This document shows positions 19,711 to 31,149 of a stretch of DNA of 64,000 nucleotides, piece by piece (position 1 is the stretch's first letter; the number at the start of each line of letters is the position of its first letter). A model generated the notes under the pieces. It saw only the letters and a list, made by a program, of their open reading frames with translations. It had not been told where the DNA came from and did not search any database. The stretch lies in assembly GCA_965243395.1 (NCBI GenBank), contig CBDEUS010000001.1:1-64000 (forward strand), given 5' to 3'. Source of the DNA: Gammaproteobacteria bacterium. GTDB taxonomy: Bacteria; Pseudomonadota; Gammaproteobacteria; UBA4575. The position numbers and the translations under genes are program-made.

Positions 19711-21708
19711 ATGGAAAATCGTCGAGAACTCGCTAATGCCATACGAGCATTAAGTATGGATGCTGTACAGCAAGCTAACTCGGGTCATCCCGGGATGCCG
19801 ATGGGAATGGCAGATATTGCTGAAGTTTTGTGGAACGATTTTCTAAAACATAATCCTAAAAATCCTAATTGGCCAGATCGGGATCGATTTGTGATATCAA
19901 ACGGTCACGGTTCAATGTTGCTTTATTCTTTATTGCATTTGTCTGGTTATGATCTTTCCATTCAAGATTTAAAAGATTTTCGTCAACTGCATTCTAAGAC
20001 TCCTGGCCATCCTGAATATGGAGATACACCAGGTGTAGAAACCACCACTGGGCCGTTAGGTCAGGGTGTGAGTAATGCTGTGGGAATGGCTATTGCAGAA
20101 AAAATGCTTGCCGCACAGTTTAATAAAGATAACTTAAATATTGTTGATCACTTTACTTATGTTTTTGTAGGCGATGGTTGTTTGATGGAAGGTATTTCCC
20201 ATGAAGCGTGTTCGTTAGCAGGAACTTTAGGTCTTGGTAAATTAATAGCGTTTTATGACGATAACGGTATTTCAATTGATGGGGAAATTGAAGGATGGTT
20301 TACGGATGATACACCGATGCGTTTTCGTTCTTATGGTTGGGATGTTATTGAAAATGTAGATGGTCATGATGCTACGCAAGTAAAGAATGCTATAGATTCA
20401 GCAAGAAACGAAACTTCCAAACCCACATTAATTTGTTGTAAAACCATAATTGGATGGGGAGCACCTAACAAACAAGGTACAGGTGATGCACACGGTGCGC
20501 CACTTGGCGACGATGAAATTAAGTTAGTGCGTGAAAAAATAAATTGGCAGCATCCACCTTTTGAAATTCCAGAATCTATTTACAGTGCATGGAAAGCGTC
20601 GAGTGCAGGAGCTGAAAATGAGGAGCAGTGGCAAGCAACATTTGATTCTTATCAATCAAAATATCCGGAACTTGCAGCAGAATTTGTAAGACGCACAACT
20701 AGCAAACTACCAGAAAACTGGGAAAGTATGTCCCAGGAAGTTATTCAAAATGCGGTAGAGGAAAAAAAGACCGTTGCAACACGTAAAGCTTCCGAGCTTG
20801 CTTTGGATGGCTACGCAAAACACCTGCCAGAAATCGTAGGGGGTTCTGCAGATTTAACTCCATCTAATAATACTTGGTGGTCGGGTTCTAAAGATATTGA
20901 ATCTAATGATGCAACTGGAAACTATTTACGCTACGGAGTTCGTGAATTTGGCATGTCCGCAATCAATTCGGGTATTGCATTGCATGGAGGATTTATTCCC
21001 TATTGCGCAACCTTTTTAGTATTTTCTGACTACGCCAGAAATGCGTTACGCATGTCAGCATTAATGGGTTTGCGAAATATATTTATTTTCACACATGATT
21101 CGATTGGTCTGGGAGAAGATGGGCCCACCCACCAAGCGATTGAGCAGACGGCGACATTGCGTATGATTCCTAATATGTCTGTTTGGCGTACCGCTGACAC
21201 AGTGGAATCTGCCGTGGCATGGAAAAGTGCTATTGAACGAACCAAAGGGCCTACGAGCTTAATATTCTCGCGTCAGAATTTACCTTTTATAGAACGAACA
21301 AATGATCAAGTAGCTGCGATAGCAAAAGGCGGTTATGTACTGCATGATTGTGATCAAGTTCCAGAACTTATCTTAATTACTGCAGGTTCGGAAGTGAGTA
21401 TTACGCTTAGCGCGGCAAAACAGTTAGCACAGTTAGGGAAACAGGTTCGAGTGGTCTCCATGCCGTCTACTGATGTATTTGATCAGCAAGATGATGCATA
21501 TAAAGAAGCCGTGTTACCCGCAGCGGTGACCAAGCGTCTGGCGATTGAAGCTGGAGTTTCGGATTACTGGTGTAAGTACGTTGGTTTGCAAGGACGTGTA
21601 ATCGGTATGGATACGTTTGGTGCTTCAGCACCAGGCAATGTGGCTATGCAGTATTTTGGATTTAGTGAAGCGAATATCGTTCTAAATGCTAATGAAATGT
21701 TAGGGTAA
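19711..21708 (+). CDS. tkt: Transketolase
   Basis: [32 protein letters not shown] motifs. Confidence 0.99.
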   Translation: MENRRELANAIRALSMDAVQQANSGHPGMPMGMADIAEVLWNDFLKHNPKNPNWPDRDRFVISNGHGSMLLYSLLHLSGYDLSIQDLKDFRQLHSKTPGHPEYGDTPGVETTTGPLGQGVSNAVGMAIAEKMLAAQFNKDNLNIVDHFTYVFVGDGCLMEGISHEACSLAGTLGLGKLIAFYDDNGISIDGEIEGWFTDDTPMRFRSYGWDVIENVDGHDATQVKNAIDSARNETSKPTLICCKTIIGWGAPNKQGTGDAHGAPLGDDEIKLVREKINWQHPPFEIPESIYSAWKASSAGAENEEQWQATFDSYQSKYPELAAEFVRRTTSKLPENWESMSQEVIQNAVEEKKTVATRKASELALDGYAKHLPEIVGGSADLTPSNNTWWSGSKDIESNDATGNYLRYGVREFGMSAINSGIALHGGFIPYCATFLVFSDYARNALRMSALMGLRNIFIFTHDSIGLGEDGPTHQAIEQTATLRMIPNMSVWRTADTVESAVAWKSAIERTKGPTSLIFSRQNLPFIERTNDQVAAIAKGGYVLHDCDQVPELILITAGSEVSITLSAAKQLAQLGKQVRVVSMPSTDVFDQQDDAYKEAVLPAAVTKRLAIEAGVSDYWCKYVGLQGRVIGMDTFGASAPGNVAMQYFGFSEANIVLNANEMLG

Positions 21709-21761
21709 AGACTAACTGAGAAAGAATTTAAAATTTAAAGAGATAAGTACGGAGAAAGGAA

Positions 21762-22763
21762 ATGGCTATAAAAGTTGCAATTAATGGTTATGGGCGTATT
21801 GGTAGAAATATTATGCGCGCGATTTACGAATCAGGTCGCAACAATGAAATTCAAGTAGTAGCAATTAATGATTTGGGTGATGCGCACACCAATGCACATT
21901 TAACTCAATACGATACCGCGCATGGAAGATTTAATGGCACGGTAGAAGTAGATGGCGACTACATGGTTATTAATGGTGATCGTATCCGCGTATGTTCTGA
22001 ACGTGATCCAAGCAAACTTCCCTGGAGTGAGTTAGGGGTTGATGTCGTACATGAGAGCACCGGATTTTTTGCAAGTAAAGAAAAAGCTTCAGCTCATTTA
22101 ACCGCAGGAGCAAAAAAAGTAATCATTTCCGCTCCCGGTGGTAATGATGTTGATGCGACAATAGTTTATGGCGTAAATCATGATGTACTAAAAGCGACGG
22201 ACACTGTAATTTCAAATGCATCATGTACCACGAACTGTTTAGCTCCACTGGTAAAGCCATTGCATGAAAAAATTGGTGTTGAAAACGGTGTGATGACTAC
22301 GATTCACGCTTATACCAATGATCAAGTTTTAACAGATGTTTATCATAGCGATTTACGTCGCGCGCGGTCTGCAACCATGTCGATGATACCCACTAAAACA
22401 GGTGCTGCATCTGCAGTAGGTCTGGTGTTACCTGAACTAAATGGAAAATTAGATGGTTTTGCAATGCGTGTTCCAACTATAAACGTGTCTATTGTTGATT
22501 TAACGTTCTTGGCTTCTCGGGATACGACTGCAGAAGAAGTGAATGCAGTTATGAAAGATGCTGCAGACGGATATGTGCTTGATTATGTCGATGCACCATT
22601 GGTGTCGATTGATTTTAATCATGATCCACACTCATCTAATTTTGATGCTTCACTCACTAAAGTAATGGGAACCCGTACTGTCAAAGTTTGTTCATGGTAT
22701 GACAATGAGTGGGGCTTCTCGAATAGGATGTTGGATACTACCATTGCATTAATGAACGCATAG
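21762..22763 (+). CDS. gap: Type I glyceraldehyde-3-phosphate dehydrogenase
   Basis: [30 protein letters not shown] motifs. Confidence 0.98.
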   Translation: MAIKVAINGYGRIGRNIMRAIYESGRNNEIQVVAINDLGDAHTNAHLTQYDTAHGRFNGTVEVDGDYMVINGDRIRVCSERDPSKLPWSELGVDVVHESTGFFASKEKASAHLTAGAKKVIISAPGGNDVDATIVYGVNHDVLKATDTVISNASCTTNCLAPLVKPLHEKIGVENGVMTTIHAYTNDQVLTDVYHSDLRRARSATMSMIPTKTGAASAVGLVLPELNGKLDGFAMRVPTINVSIVDLTFLASRDTTAEEVNAVMKDAADGYVLDYVDAPLVSIDFNHDPHSSNFDASLTKVMGTRTVKVCSWYDNEWGFSNRMLDTTIALMNA

Positions 22764-22816
22764 AAAATTAACAGGTAAACTAAATCATATAATTTTGATG
22801 GAACAAATTTAAAGCC

Positions 22817-23998
22817 ATGAATGTGTTAAGCATGGCTGATATTGATCTTGAGAATCAACGTGTACTGATCCGAGAAGACTTAAATGTTCCCGTAAAAGAC
22901 GGGCGCGTGACGAGTGCCAAACGTATTCACGCAGCATTACCAACTATTCAACTCGCAACAGATCGAGGTGCAAAAGTAATTTTACTTTCTCATCGAGGTC
23001 GGCCGACTGAAGGGGAGTTCAATCAAGAGCATTCTCTACTGCCGATTGCAAATTACTTTGTGGAAGAATGTAATTTGAATGTTCGGCTCGAACAAGATTG
23101 GCTTTCAGGCGTTGAATGTAATGCCGGTGAAATAGTGCTATGTGAGAATGTGCGCTTTCAGGTTGGTGAGAAAAAAAATGACGATCAACTTGCAAAGCAA
23201 ATGGCCAGTCTTTGTGATATCTATGTGATGGACGCATTTGGGACCGCACACCGAGCGCAAGCATCCACACATGGAGTCGCTAAATATGCTCCGGTTGCAT
23301 GTGCTGGACCCCTACTAAAGAAAGAGCTAGATTCATTAGAACATGCGTTATCCAGTCCCAGACGACCAATGATCGCTATTGTTGGAGGCTCTAAAGTTTC
23401 GACAAAATTGACTGTATTGGAAACTTTGCTCGATAAGGTTGATCAGCTTATTGTGGGTGGGGGAATTGTAAATACATTTTTAGCTGCAATAGATAAACCG
23501 ATAGGTAAATCACTTTGTGAAGCTGATTTAATCGATACAGCCAAAAAGTTACTTAAAAAAGCTGAATCTAAAAACACCCAAATTCCATTACCGGAAGATG
23601 TAGTGTGTGCGACAGAATTTTCCGAAACAGCTACAGCTACAATAAAATCTGTTGATGATGTAAATGATGACGATTTGATTTTAGATATTGGACCAAAATC
23701 TTCACAACAGCTTGCTGTATTAATGCAGGATGCAGGTACAATTGTCTGGAACGGCCCTGTTGGTGTTTTCGAATTTGATGCTTTTTCTAAAGGAACGGAA
23801 GTTATGGCTAAAGCCATTGCGGCTAGCGATGCATTTTCTGTCGCAGGGGGAGGAGATACTTTAGCTGCGGTGGATAAGTTTGGCTTAGAAGATCAAATAT
23901 CTTATATCTCAACGGGCGGCGGAGCCTTTTTAGAATATTTAGAGGGAAGAAAATTACCTGCTGTTGAAATACTGGAACAACGGGCAAAGACAAATTGA
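22817..23998 (+). CDS. pgk: Phosphoglycerate kinase
   Basis: [30 protein letters not shown] motifs. Confidence 0.99.
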   Translation: MNVLSMADIDLENQRVLIREDLNVPVKDGRVTSAKRIHAALPTIQLATDRGAKVILLSHRGRPTEGEFNQEHSLLPIANYFVEECNLNVRLEQDWLSGVECNAGEIVLCENVRFQVGEKKNDDQLAKQMASLCDIYVMDAFGTAHRAQASTHGVAKYAPVACAGPLLKKELDSLEHALSSPRRPMIAIVGGSKVSTKLTVLETLLDKVDQLIVGGGIVNTFLAAIDKPIGKSLCEADLIDTAKKLLKKAESKNTQIPLPEDVVCATEFSETATATIKSVDDVNDDDLILDIGPKSSQQLAVLMQDAGTIVWNGPVGVFEFDAFSKGTEVMAKAIAASDAFSVAGGGDTLAAVDKFGLEDQISYISTGGGAFLEYLEGRKLPAVEILEQRAKTN

Positions 23999-24023
23999 GT
24001 TTAAATTAATTGAGTATTGTTAA

Positions 24024-25502
24024 ATGAGTCTTATAACGGAAATACGACAACGTAAAGCAATATTGCGGCACACCAAAATTATCGCGACCTTAGGGCCTGC
24101 TACTGATAGCGAACAGGTTATGGGCCGATTGATGGATGCAGGTATTGATTTAGTTCGAATTAATTTTTCTCATGGCACGCATGAAGAGCATGCATGGCGA
24201 ATTAAAACATTACGCAAACTTAGTAAACAAAAAAATTATGAAGTAGGTGTATTGGGTGACTTACAAGGTGCAAAAATCCGAATTGGTATCTTCAAAGACA
24301 AAAAAATTCATTTAGAAATTGGAGAGCACTTTTGTATTGATACTGAATTGTCGTTGGAAGATGGAGATCAAGAGAAAGTAGGCACGACGTATAAAGGATT
24401 AGCGGGTGACGTTGCTACAGATGATATTTTACTCATTGATGATGGACGAATTGTCTTACGCGTAATAAGTGTCGATGGGAGTAAAATTCATTGTGAAGTT
24501 GTAATGGGGGGTGAACTCAGCAGCAACAAGGGAATCAATCGCAAGGGAGGTGGATTATCAGCACCGGCACTTACGGATAAAGATCGTGAAGATATATTGC
24601 ATGCGGTTAAATTTGATGTCGACTACATTGCAATTTCATTTCCAAGAGATGCAGATGATATTAAGTTAGCGAAACAAATTTTTACTGATGCAGGTGGCAA
24701 GGCAGGCATTATTGCAAAAATTGAACGTCTGGAAGCATTAGAATCCATTGACGGAATTTTAGATGCATGTGATGCAATCATGATTGGTCGTGGAGATCTA
24801 GGCGTCGAAATTGGAGATGCAGAAGTTCCGGGTGTGCAAAAAACCTTGATTGATATGGCACACGAAAAAAATCGTATTGCCATTACGGCAACTCAAATGA
24901 TGGAGTCGATGACCTATAGCCCAATTCCCACACGTGCTGAAGTTTCTGATGTAGCAAATGCTGTGTTAGACGGCACGGATGCGGTTATGCTTTCTGGAGA
25001 AACGGCGGTGGGTAAATACCCTGTGAAAGCCGTTAAAGCCATGAACCGCACTTGCTTGGCATCTGAACGTCGCGCGTTAAAAAAGATATCAGAACAACGC
25101 ATAGATACCGTATTTGAAAGAGTGGATGAGGCGATCGCTATGTCAGCCATGTACACGGCTAATCACTTGGATGTGGCAGCAATTGCAGCATTAACAGAGT
25201 CTGGTTCTACTGCGTTGTGGATGTCGCGTGTTAATTCGGCAATACCCATCTACGCACTTTCCCGTATAGAAAAAACCTTGCGTAGAGTAACTCTATACAA
25301 AGGTGTTTATCCAGCTAGTCTTGAGCTGATGGGACGTACTCATGCAGAAGTGAACATGGAAGCCATCGAAGTGCTATTGAAGTGTGCAGTAGTGCAAGAG
25401 AATGACTTAGTGATAATCACCAAGGGCGATCTCATGGGAGTTGATGGCGGTACCAATGCGTTAAAAATTGTTCGAGTTGGTCACTTAATTGACCCTCAAT
25501 AG
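24024..25502 (+). CDS. pyk: Pyruvate kinase
   Basis: TKIIATLGPA, RINFSHG, IIAKIE, ATQMMESM, PTRAEVSDVANAVLDGTDAVMLSGETA motifs. Confidence 0.99.
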   Translation: MSLITEIRQRKAILRHTKIIATLGPATDSEQVMGRLMDAGIDLVRINFSHGTHEEHAWRIKTLRKLSKQKNYEVGVLGDLQGAKIRIGIFKDKKIHLEIGEHFCIDTELSLEDGDQEKVGTTYKGLAGDVATDDILLIDDGRIVLRVISVDGSKIHCEVVMGGELSSNKGINRKGGGLSAPALTDKDREDILHAVKFDVDYIAISFPRDADDIKLAKQIFTDAGGKAGIIAKIERLEALESIDGILDACDAIMIGRGDLGVEIGDAEVPGVQKTLIDMAHEKNRIAITATQMMESMTYSPIPTRAEVSDVANAVLDGTDAVMLSGETAVGKYPVKAVKAMNRTCLASERRALKKISEQRIDTVFERVDEAIAMSAMYTANHLDVAAIAALTESGSTALWMSRVNSAIPIYALSRIEKTLRRVTLYKGVYPASLELMGRTHAEVNMEAIEVLLKCAVVQENDLVIITKGDLMGVDGGTNALKIVRVGHLIDPQ

Positions 25503-25569
25503 TTGTTAAAATCGCCGTAAGTAAATTTCGTATTAAATATAGAATAGAGGCCTCATTAGGAGAATAAGT

Positions 25570-26595
25570 ATGAATGTTCAAGAATTAAATAAAATTGCCT
25601 GTGCAATGGTTGCTCCAGGCCGTGGTATTTTAGCCATGGATGAAAGTCATCCGACTTGCAATGGACGTTTTGAAAAATTAGGCATTGCGACTACAGAAGA
25701 AATGCGTCAGGCCTATCGTGATATGTTAGTGACTGCTCCTGGTTTATCAGACTATATTGGCGGCGCTATTTTATTTGACGAAACTATCCGTCAAAAAACA
25801 TTAGATGGAACTCCGTTTGCTGAATACTTAAGTAAAAATGGCATTATCCCAGGCATCAAGGTAGATGCCGGTGCAAAAGTATTAGCAGGCCACGAAACCG
25901 AAAAAGTTACCGAAGGTTTAGATGGTTTACGCGAACGTTTTGCAGAATATTATGAATTAGGTGCGCGTTTTTCAAAATGGCGTGCAGTGATCACAATAGG
26001 TGACAGAATTCCAAGTTGGGCATGTATAGAAGCCAATGCGCATGCACTTGCACGTTACGCAATGTTAAGCCAAGAAGCGGGTATTGTGCCTATCGTAGAA
26101 CCCGAAGTGCTAATGAATGGTGACCATAGTATCGAACGCTGTTATGAAGTTACTGAATTAACTCAACGCATCACTTTTCAGCATCTTAAGAATCAAGGTA
26201 TTGCACTGGAAGGTATGGTTTTAAAACCTTCTATGGTTATTTCCGGTGACACAAATAACAATAGAGCAGATGTACAAACTGTGGCTGAGCAAACAATTAA
26301 ATGCTTACTAGCATCAGTACCTGCTGCAGTACCGGGTATTGCGTTTTTGTCAGGTGGGCAATCTGACGAGGAAGCGAGTGCACACTTAAATGCGATGAAC
26401 GCATTGGGTATCGATTTGCCATGGGCCTTAACTTTTTCTTACGGCCGAGCGTTGCAGCAAACTGCTATGAAAACCTGGAAAGGTGAGTCTGGCAATGTTG
26501 AAGCTGCACAAAATGCCTTGTTATGGAGAGCCAAATGTAATGGTTCCGCTGCATTAGGCAAGTATTCAGACGCCATGGAAAAGCAAGCAGCTTAA
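25570..26595 (+). CDS. fba: Class I (Schiff-base) fructose-bisphosphate aldolase
   Basis: GILAMDES, GIKVD, KWRAV, VPIVEPE, LKPSMV, FLSGGQS, TFSYGRALQ motifs. Confidence 0.97.
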   Translation: MNVQELNKIACAMVAPGRGILAMDESHPTCNGRFEKLGIATTEEMRQAYRDMLVTAPGLSDYIGGAILFDETIRQKTLDGTPFAEYLSKNGIIPGIKVDAGAKVLAGHETEKVTEGLDGLRERFAEYYELGARFSKWRAVITIGDRIPSWACIEANAHALARYAMLSQEAGIVPIVEPEVLMNGDHSIERCYEVTELTQRITFQHLKNQGIALEGMVLKPSMVISGDTNNNRADVQTVAEQTIKCLLASVPAAVPGIAFLSGGQSDEEASAHLNAMNALGIDLPWALTFSYGRALQQTAMKTWKGESGNVEAAQNALLWRAKCNGSAALGKYSDAMEKQAA

Positions 26596-26607
26596 ATCTC
26601 ACTAGAC

Positions 26608-26638
26608 TTATGTAGGGAAAGATTGTTTCCCTACATAA
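26608..26638 (+). terminator. Probable intrinsic terminator after the glycolytic operon
   Basis: Perfect 13-bp stem TTATGTAGGGAAA-gattg-TTTCCCTACATAA followed by TTT. Confidence 0.75.
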
Positions 26639-26702
26639 TTTCAAATTTCACCCTAGTCGTTACAAAAGTAACGATTAAATACCATACAAACTTATATCAT
26701 CG

Positions 26703-26791
26703 CGCACTCAATTAGTGCATCCATGTGGTATCAGTATCTACAATAGTGCAATTGCACTATAAATTAATTATAGTGTTGGGCTACAAAGGGC
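26703..26791 (+). promoter_or_regulatory. Putative NtrC site(s) upstream of glnK-amtB, with a weak sigma54-like spacing
   Basis: CGCACT-caatt-AGTGCA (26703-26719) fits TGCACY-N5-RGTGCA. A half site AGTGCA ends at 26750. GG-N10-GC at 26778-26791 is a weak match. Confidence 0.5.
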
Positions 26792-26814
26792 TAGCAATAT
26801 AGCCTGAAAAATAA

Positions 26815-27204
<390 letters not shown>

Positions 27205-27244
27205 AAAATTAAAAAAATAATAAAAATTTATAAAGGGAAACAAA

Positions 27245-28567
27245 ATGAGTTTATTCAAACAAACATTAGGTAAAGGTTTTATAACGACTAAATGGGCATG
27301 GTCACTTTGCTTACTGCTAATTGTAGTCATGCCTGGAGTTGCACTTGCTGAGGATGTGCTTGATACAGGAGACACATCATGGCTACTCACATCTACAGCG
27401 CTAGTTTTATTTATGACCATACCAGGCTTGTCACTTTTTTATGCAGGTTTGGTGCGTAGTAAAAATGTTCTTTCAGTCTTAATGCAGTGTTTCACCATTA
27501 CATGTTTAGCATCACTTGTTTGGTTAGTGTTTGGATACAGTCTTGCATTTGGTGAAGGTAATAGTTTGGTTGGGGATTTTTCCAATTTATTTTTAAAAGA
27601 AGTTACACGCGATGCAGTAAATGGCACGATTCCTGAGAGTGTATTTGTAATGTTTCAGATGACTTTTGCCATTATTACACCTGCGCTAGTTGTAGGTGGG
27701 TTTGCAGAACGCATGAAATTTTCATCCATGATGTGGTTTTCCTTTTTATGGCTAGTAATCGTTTATTTCCCGGTGTGTCATTGGGTATGGGGCGGTGGCT
27801 GGTTGGCAGAGAAAGGTGTGCTGGATTTTGCTGGCGGGTTAGTTGTCCACTTAACCGCAGGTGCAGGTGCGATTGTTGCCGCAATAGTATTAGGAACACG
27901 CAAAGGGTTTCCTCGTACTGCCATGCCGCCACATAATTTATCAATGTCTGTAACTGGTGCTGGCATGTTATGGGTTGGATGGTTTGGGTTTAATGCCGGA
28001 AGTGCGGTAGCTGCCAGTGGAGATGCTGGTATGGCCATGTTGGTTACTCATATTAGTGCAGCAACAGCATCATTAGTTTGGATGTTTGCTGAATGGATTA
28101 AATTTGGAAAGCCCAGTGTGTTAGGTATTGTGACAGGTATGGTTGCCGGTCTTGGCACGATAACACCGGCTTCAGGTTTCGTAGGTCCAATAGGTGCGCT
28201 TATTATTGGTGCATCGGCTGGTCTTGTTTGCTTCGCTGCAACAAACTTCTTAAAACGTGTACTCAAGATTGATGATTCATTAGATGTTTTTCCTGTGCAC
28301 GGTGTAGGAGGAATATTAGGAACTATTCTCGCAGGAGTATTTATTGCAGAACAGTTTGGCGGAGCTGGCCTTGCTGAAGGCATGACCATCGGATCTCAAG
28401 TGGGTGTGCAAGTTTTAGGTGTAGTAGCTGTTCTTGTTTGGACCGTTGTTGCGACTTTTGTAATTTTACAAGTTGTTAAGTTACTTGTTGGTTTGCGCGT
28501 CGATGAACAACAAGAGACTGAAGGGCTGGACATCACACAGCACGAAGAGACCGGATACAATATGTAA
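27245..28567 (+). CDS. amtB: Ammonium transporter
   Basis: FQMTFAIIT, DFAGGLVVH, WFGFNAGS, DDSLDVFPVHG motifs. Confidence 0.98.
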   Translation: MSLFKQTLGKGFITTKWAWSLCLLLIVVMPGVALAEDVLDTGDTSWLLTSTALVLFMTIPGLSLFYAGLVRSKNVLSVLMQCFTITCLASLVWLVFGYSLAFGEGNSLVGDFSNLFLKEVTRDAVNGTIPESVFVMFQMTFAIITPALVVGGFAERMKFSSMMWFSFLWLVIVYFPVCHWVWGGGWLAEKGVLDFAGGLVVHLTAGAGAIVAAIVLGTRKGFPRTAMPPHNLSMSVTGAGMLWVGWFGFNAGSAVAASGDAGMAMLVTHISAATASLVWMFAEWIKFGKPSVLGIVTGMVAGLGTITPASGFVGPIGALIIGASAGLVCFAATNFLKRVLKIDDSLDVFPVHGVGGILGTILAGVFIAEQFGGAGLAEGMTIGSQVGVQVLGVVAVLVWTVVATFVILQVVKLLVGLRVDEQQETEGLDITQHEETGYNM

Positions 28568-28570
28568 GCA

Positions 28571-28622
28571 TAGGGATATGCGAATATGAGACGCATCATG
28601 GATGATGCGCTCAAATTAGAGT
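28571..28622 (+). repeat. Array end motif L1 (~50 bp), inverted relative to 30455-30505 and 47026-47053
   Basis: TAGGGATATGCGAATATGAGacgCATCATGGATGATGcgcTCAAATTAGAG matches the reverse complement of 30455-30505 (TATGGATATGCAAATATGAGtaaCAACAGGGATGTTGttTCAGATGAGAG). Confidence 0.75.
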
Positions 28623-28808
28623 CAGGAAGAAATAAAAAATGCAGGTTGGAAAAATTGAATTCAAAGTTTCATTATGTCCGCTAACGACCAATAGCGGACA
28701 TTCAACAAATTATCTTTAACGCTGAAAAAAGCCCATATGTCACTTATAAGGCTGTATAAATTTTCAACTCATACTATTCTTACAACAAATTTCTAGTTGG
28801 GGTGACAA

Positions 28809-29840
28809 ATGCACATCAGTAAAGTTGATTTAATGAAGGCTGCTGAAAAAGGTTTGTTGAGAAGCGAGCAAGTTGAACCCTTGTACGAATTTCTTGGCTC
28901 CATCGATAGTAAAAGCCCAAAATTTGATTTCACCCACGTCCTTTATTACCTAGGTGGTTTAATAGCTATTGGTGCCTTAACTCTTTTCATGAATCTAGGT
29001 TGGGAAGAGTTTGGTGGATGGGGAATATTTTTTATATCTTTGCTATATGCAGGTATTGGATTTAAGTTTACAAATTATTTCCGTGACAAAGATCTGCATA
29101 TACCTGCAGGAATATGTGCTGCATTTATAGTTGCTTTGACACCACTTGCTATATATGGATTTCAGCAGGGTATGGGATGGTGGCCTGAAAATACTCCATA
29201 TAGAGAATATCATCGTTACATTAAGTTTTTATGGATCTACATGGAGCTTGGTGCACTTGCCGTCGGGGCAATAATTGTTTGGAAGTATCGTTATCCATTT
29301 TTACTCATGCCTATTGCTGCAACTCTTTGGTATATGTCCATGGATATTGCAGAGATTATTACTAGCGACATCGTACATTTTGAAGAACGGGCTAAAATTA
29401 CAATGGGATTTGGGCTTGCAATGACATTATTTGCATTGCTCGTAGATATTCGGTCCAGAAAATCATTAGATTATGCATTTTGGCTTTATTTATTTGGAGT
29501 AATGGCATTTTGGGGAGGGTTAACCTCTCAACATTCGGATAGTGAGCTCGCTAAGTTTTTTTATTTCTGTATCAACTTGGTTCTAATAGGACTTGGTGTA
29601 ATTTTAGTTAGAAAAGTTTTTGTAGTATTTGGCGCATTGGGATGCGCATTTTATCTTGGACATTTAGCAAATGAAGTGTTTAAAGATAGTTGGTTATTTC
29701 CCATTGCACTGACTGTTATAGGAATTACGGTTATTTATTTGGGTGTGCTATGGCAAAAAAATGAAAAGAGACTTACAGATAATCTTAGGGGTTACTTACC
29801 AGCTGCTATCCAAGAGCTTCTAGAAGGAAAACGCATTTAA
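28809..29840 (+). CDS. Multi-pass membrane protein (DUF2157-like), cassette gene
   Basis: About 10 hydrophobic segments; N-terminal 'AAEKGLLRSEQVEPL...YYLGGLIAIGA' pattern. Confidence 0.75.
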   Translation: MHISKVDLMKAAEKGLLRSEQVEPLYEFLGSIDSKSPKFDFTHVLYYLGGLIAIGALTLFMNLGWEEFGGWGIFFISLLYAGIGFKFTNYFRDKDLHIPAGICAAFIVALTPLAIYGFQQGMGWWPENTPYREYHRYIKFLWIYMELGALAVGAIIVWKYRYPFLLMPIAATLWYMSMDIAEIITSDIVHFEERAKITMGFGLAMTLFALLVDIRSRKSLDYAFWLYLFGVMAFWGGLTSQHSDSELAKFFYFCINLVLIGLGVILVRKVFVVFGALGCAFYLGHLANEVFKDSWLFPIALTVIGITVIYLGVLWQKNEKRLTDNLRGYLPAAIQELLEGKRI

Positions 29841-29918
29841 CAATATGTTTTAAATGACTGCTTACGACCCAAAGCGGACATTTCCACAATCATAGATTTC
29901 ATTCTTTAAAATCTCATC

Positions 29919-30416
29919 ATGGCTGTTTTTATACACCTATTTGACGAACGAAATGCAAGCTCTATTCGCAAGAATGGAATCAAAATTTCAAAAAACTCGA
30001 ACAAAGAAATTAAAGGTGTATTTGCATATCCACAAACAGAAAATTTTGTTGTAAATCATCAGTGGATGCGGGAATTACGACGGCGTGCAGGACAAAATAT
30101 TTTGGCTGCTCGATTTAGGATTTCCGATAATACTGAAGTATTGGTAGGAAAATATAATGAAGAATCAATAGTTACTTCGGCTTCTAATGCAATTGGAATT
30201 GTCCGACAACATATTGATCCTATGGGATTAGAAGTAATAGTTACAAGGCCAATTAAGCCGCGAGAAATTATATCAATTTACAAACCACCTAAAGTAAGTG
30301 GATGGCGATATTATCCAAATGCTAAAGGCGAAAAACCTTGTGGTTGTCCTTATTGTCAGCGCGGTGAGCCATATAGTAAAAAACTGAGAATCAAATATGA
30401 GAAAGATTTTGAATGA
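29919..30416 (+). CDS. Hypothetical protein with C-terminal CxCxxC motif, cassette gene
   Basis: 165-aa ORF containing PCGCPYC; its TGA stop lies inside the 28-bp site at 30413. Confidence 0.8.
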   Translation: MAVFIHLFDERNASSIRKNGIKISKNSNKEIKGVFAYPQTENFVVNHQWMRELRRRAGQNILAARFRISDNTEVLVGKYNEESIVTSASNAIGIVRQHIDPMGLEVIVTRPIKPREIISIYKPPKVSGWRYYPNAKGEKPCGCPYCQRGEPYSKKLRIKYEKDFE

Positions 30417-30454
30417 CCGCTATTGGCCGAAAGCGGGCATTTATAAAGCTCGTA

Positions 30455-30505
30455 GCTCTCATCTGAAACAACATCCCTGTTGTTACTCATATTTGCATAT
30501 CCATA
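30455..30505 (-). repeat. Array end motif R1 (inverted copy of L1)
   Basis: GCTCTCATCTGAAACAACATCCCTGTTGTTACTCATATTTGCATATCCATA. Confidence 0.75.
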
Positions 30506-30609
30506 TGATCACTACCGACCCATAGCCGCCCTTCGTGAACTAAATCACACATTTTTAAATTGTGCAGGGATCTTAGCTACTAAACTGATAGTATCGAGCA
30601 CTTCTATAA

Positions 30610-31149
30610 ATGTATGTTCAATATATGCTTTTCCCACCCGTTCCAGAGAATGAGTCAATTCGCTTGCAAGCACTGCACGAGCTAAATCTTCTTGATACTC
30701 AACCGGATGAAAGAATTGACATCATTACAAAGTTTGCGTGTTATTTTCTAAATGCACCTATTTGTCTAGTTTCCCTCGTCGATGAAAATCGCCAATGGTT
30801 TAAATCTTGTGAAGGATTAAACGTTAAGGAAACTCCACGCTATATGTCATTTTGTGCCCATGCAATTTGTCATACCTCAACTCTTAATTCAGATTCACGA
30901 ATTTTTGAAGTATGTGACACATATATTGATAGTCGATTTATAGATAACCCCTTAGTTACAAAATCTCCTGGGATTCGATATTACATTGGTTATGTGTTGC
31001 AATCTGAATCGAAAATGAATTTAGGTACTTTTTGTATCATCGATACAGTACCTAGAAAATTTTCTGAAAGTGAAAAAGACTTACTAAAGGCACTAGGAGT
31101 TATGGTAGAAAATTTATTAATTAAGAATTCACATTTTCCTCATAATTAA
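30610..31149 (+). CDS. Stand-alone GAF domain protein, cassette gene
   Basis: ENESIRLQALHELNLLDT...SLVDENRQWFKS...SFCAHAI...DSRFIDNPLV...GTFCIIDTVPR is a typical GAF domain; no output domain. Confidence 0.88.
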   Translation: MYVQYMLFPPVPENESIRLQALHELNLLDTQPDERIDIITKFACYFLNAPICLVSLVDENRQWFKSCEGLNVKETPRYMSFCAHAICHTSTLNSDSRIFEVCDTYIDSRFIDNPLVTKSPGIRYYIGYVLQSESKMNLGTFCIIDTVPRKFSESEKDLLKALGVMVENLLIKNSHFPHN

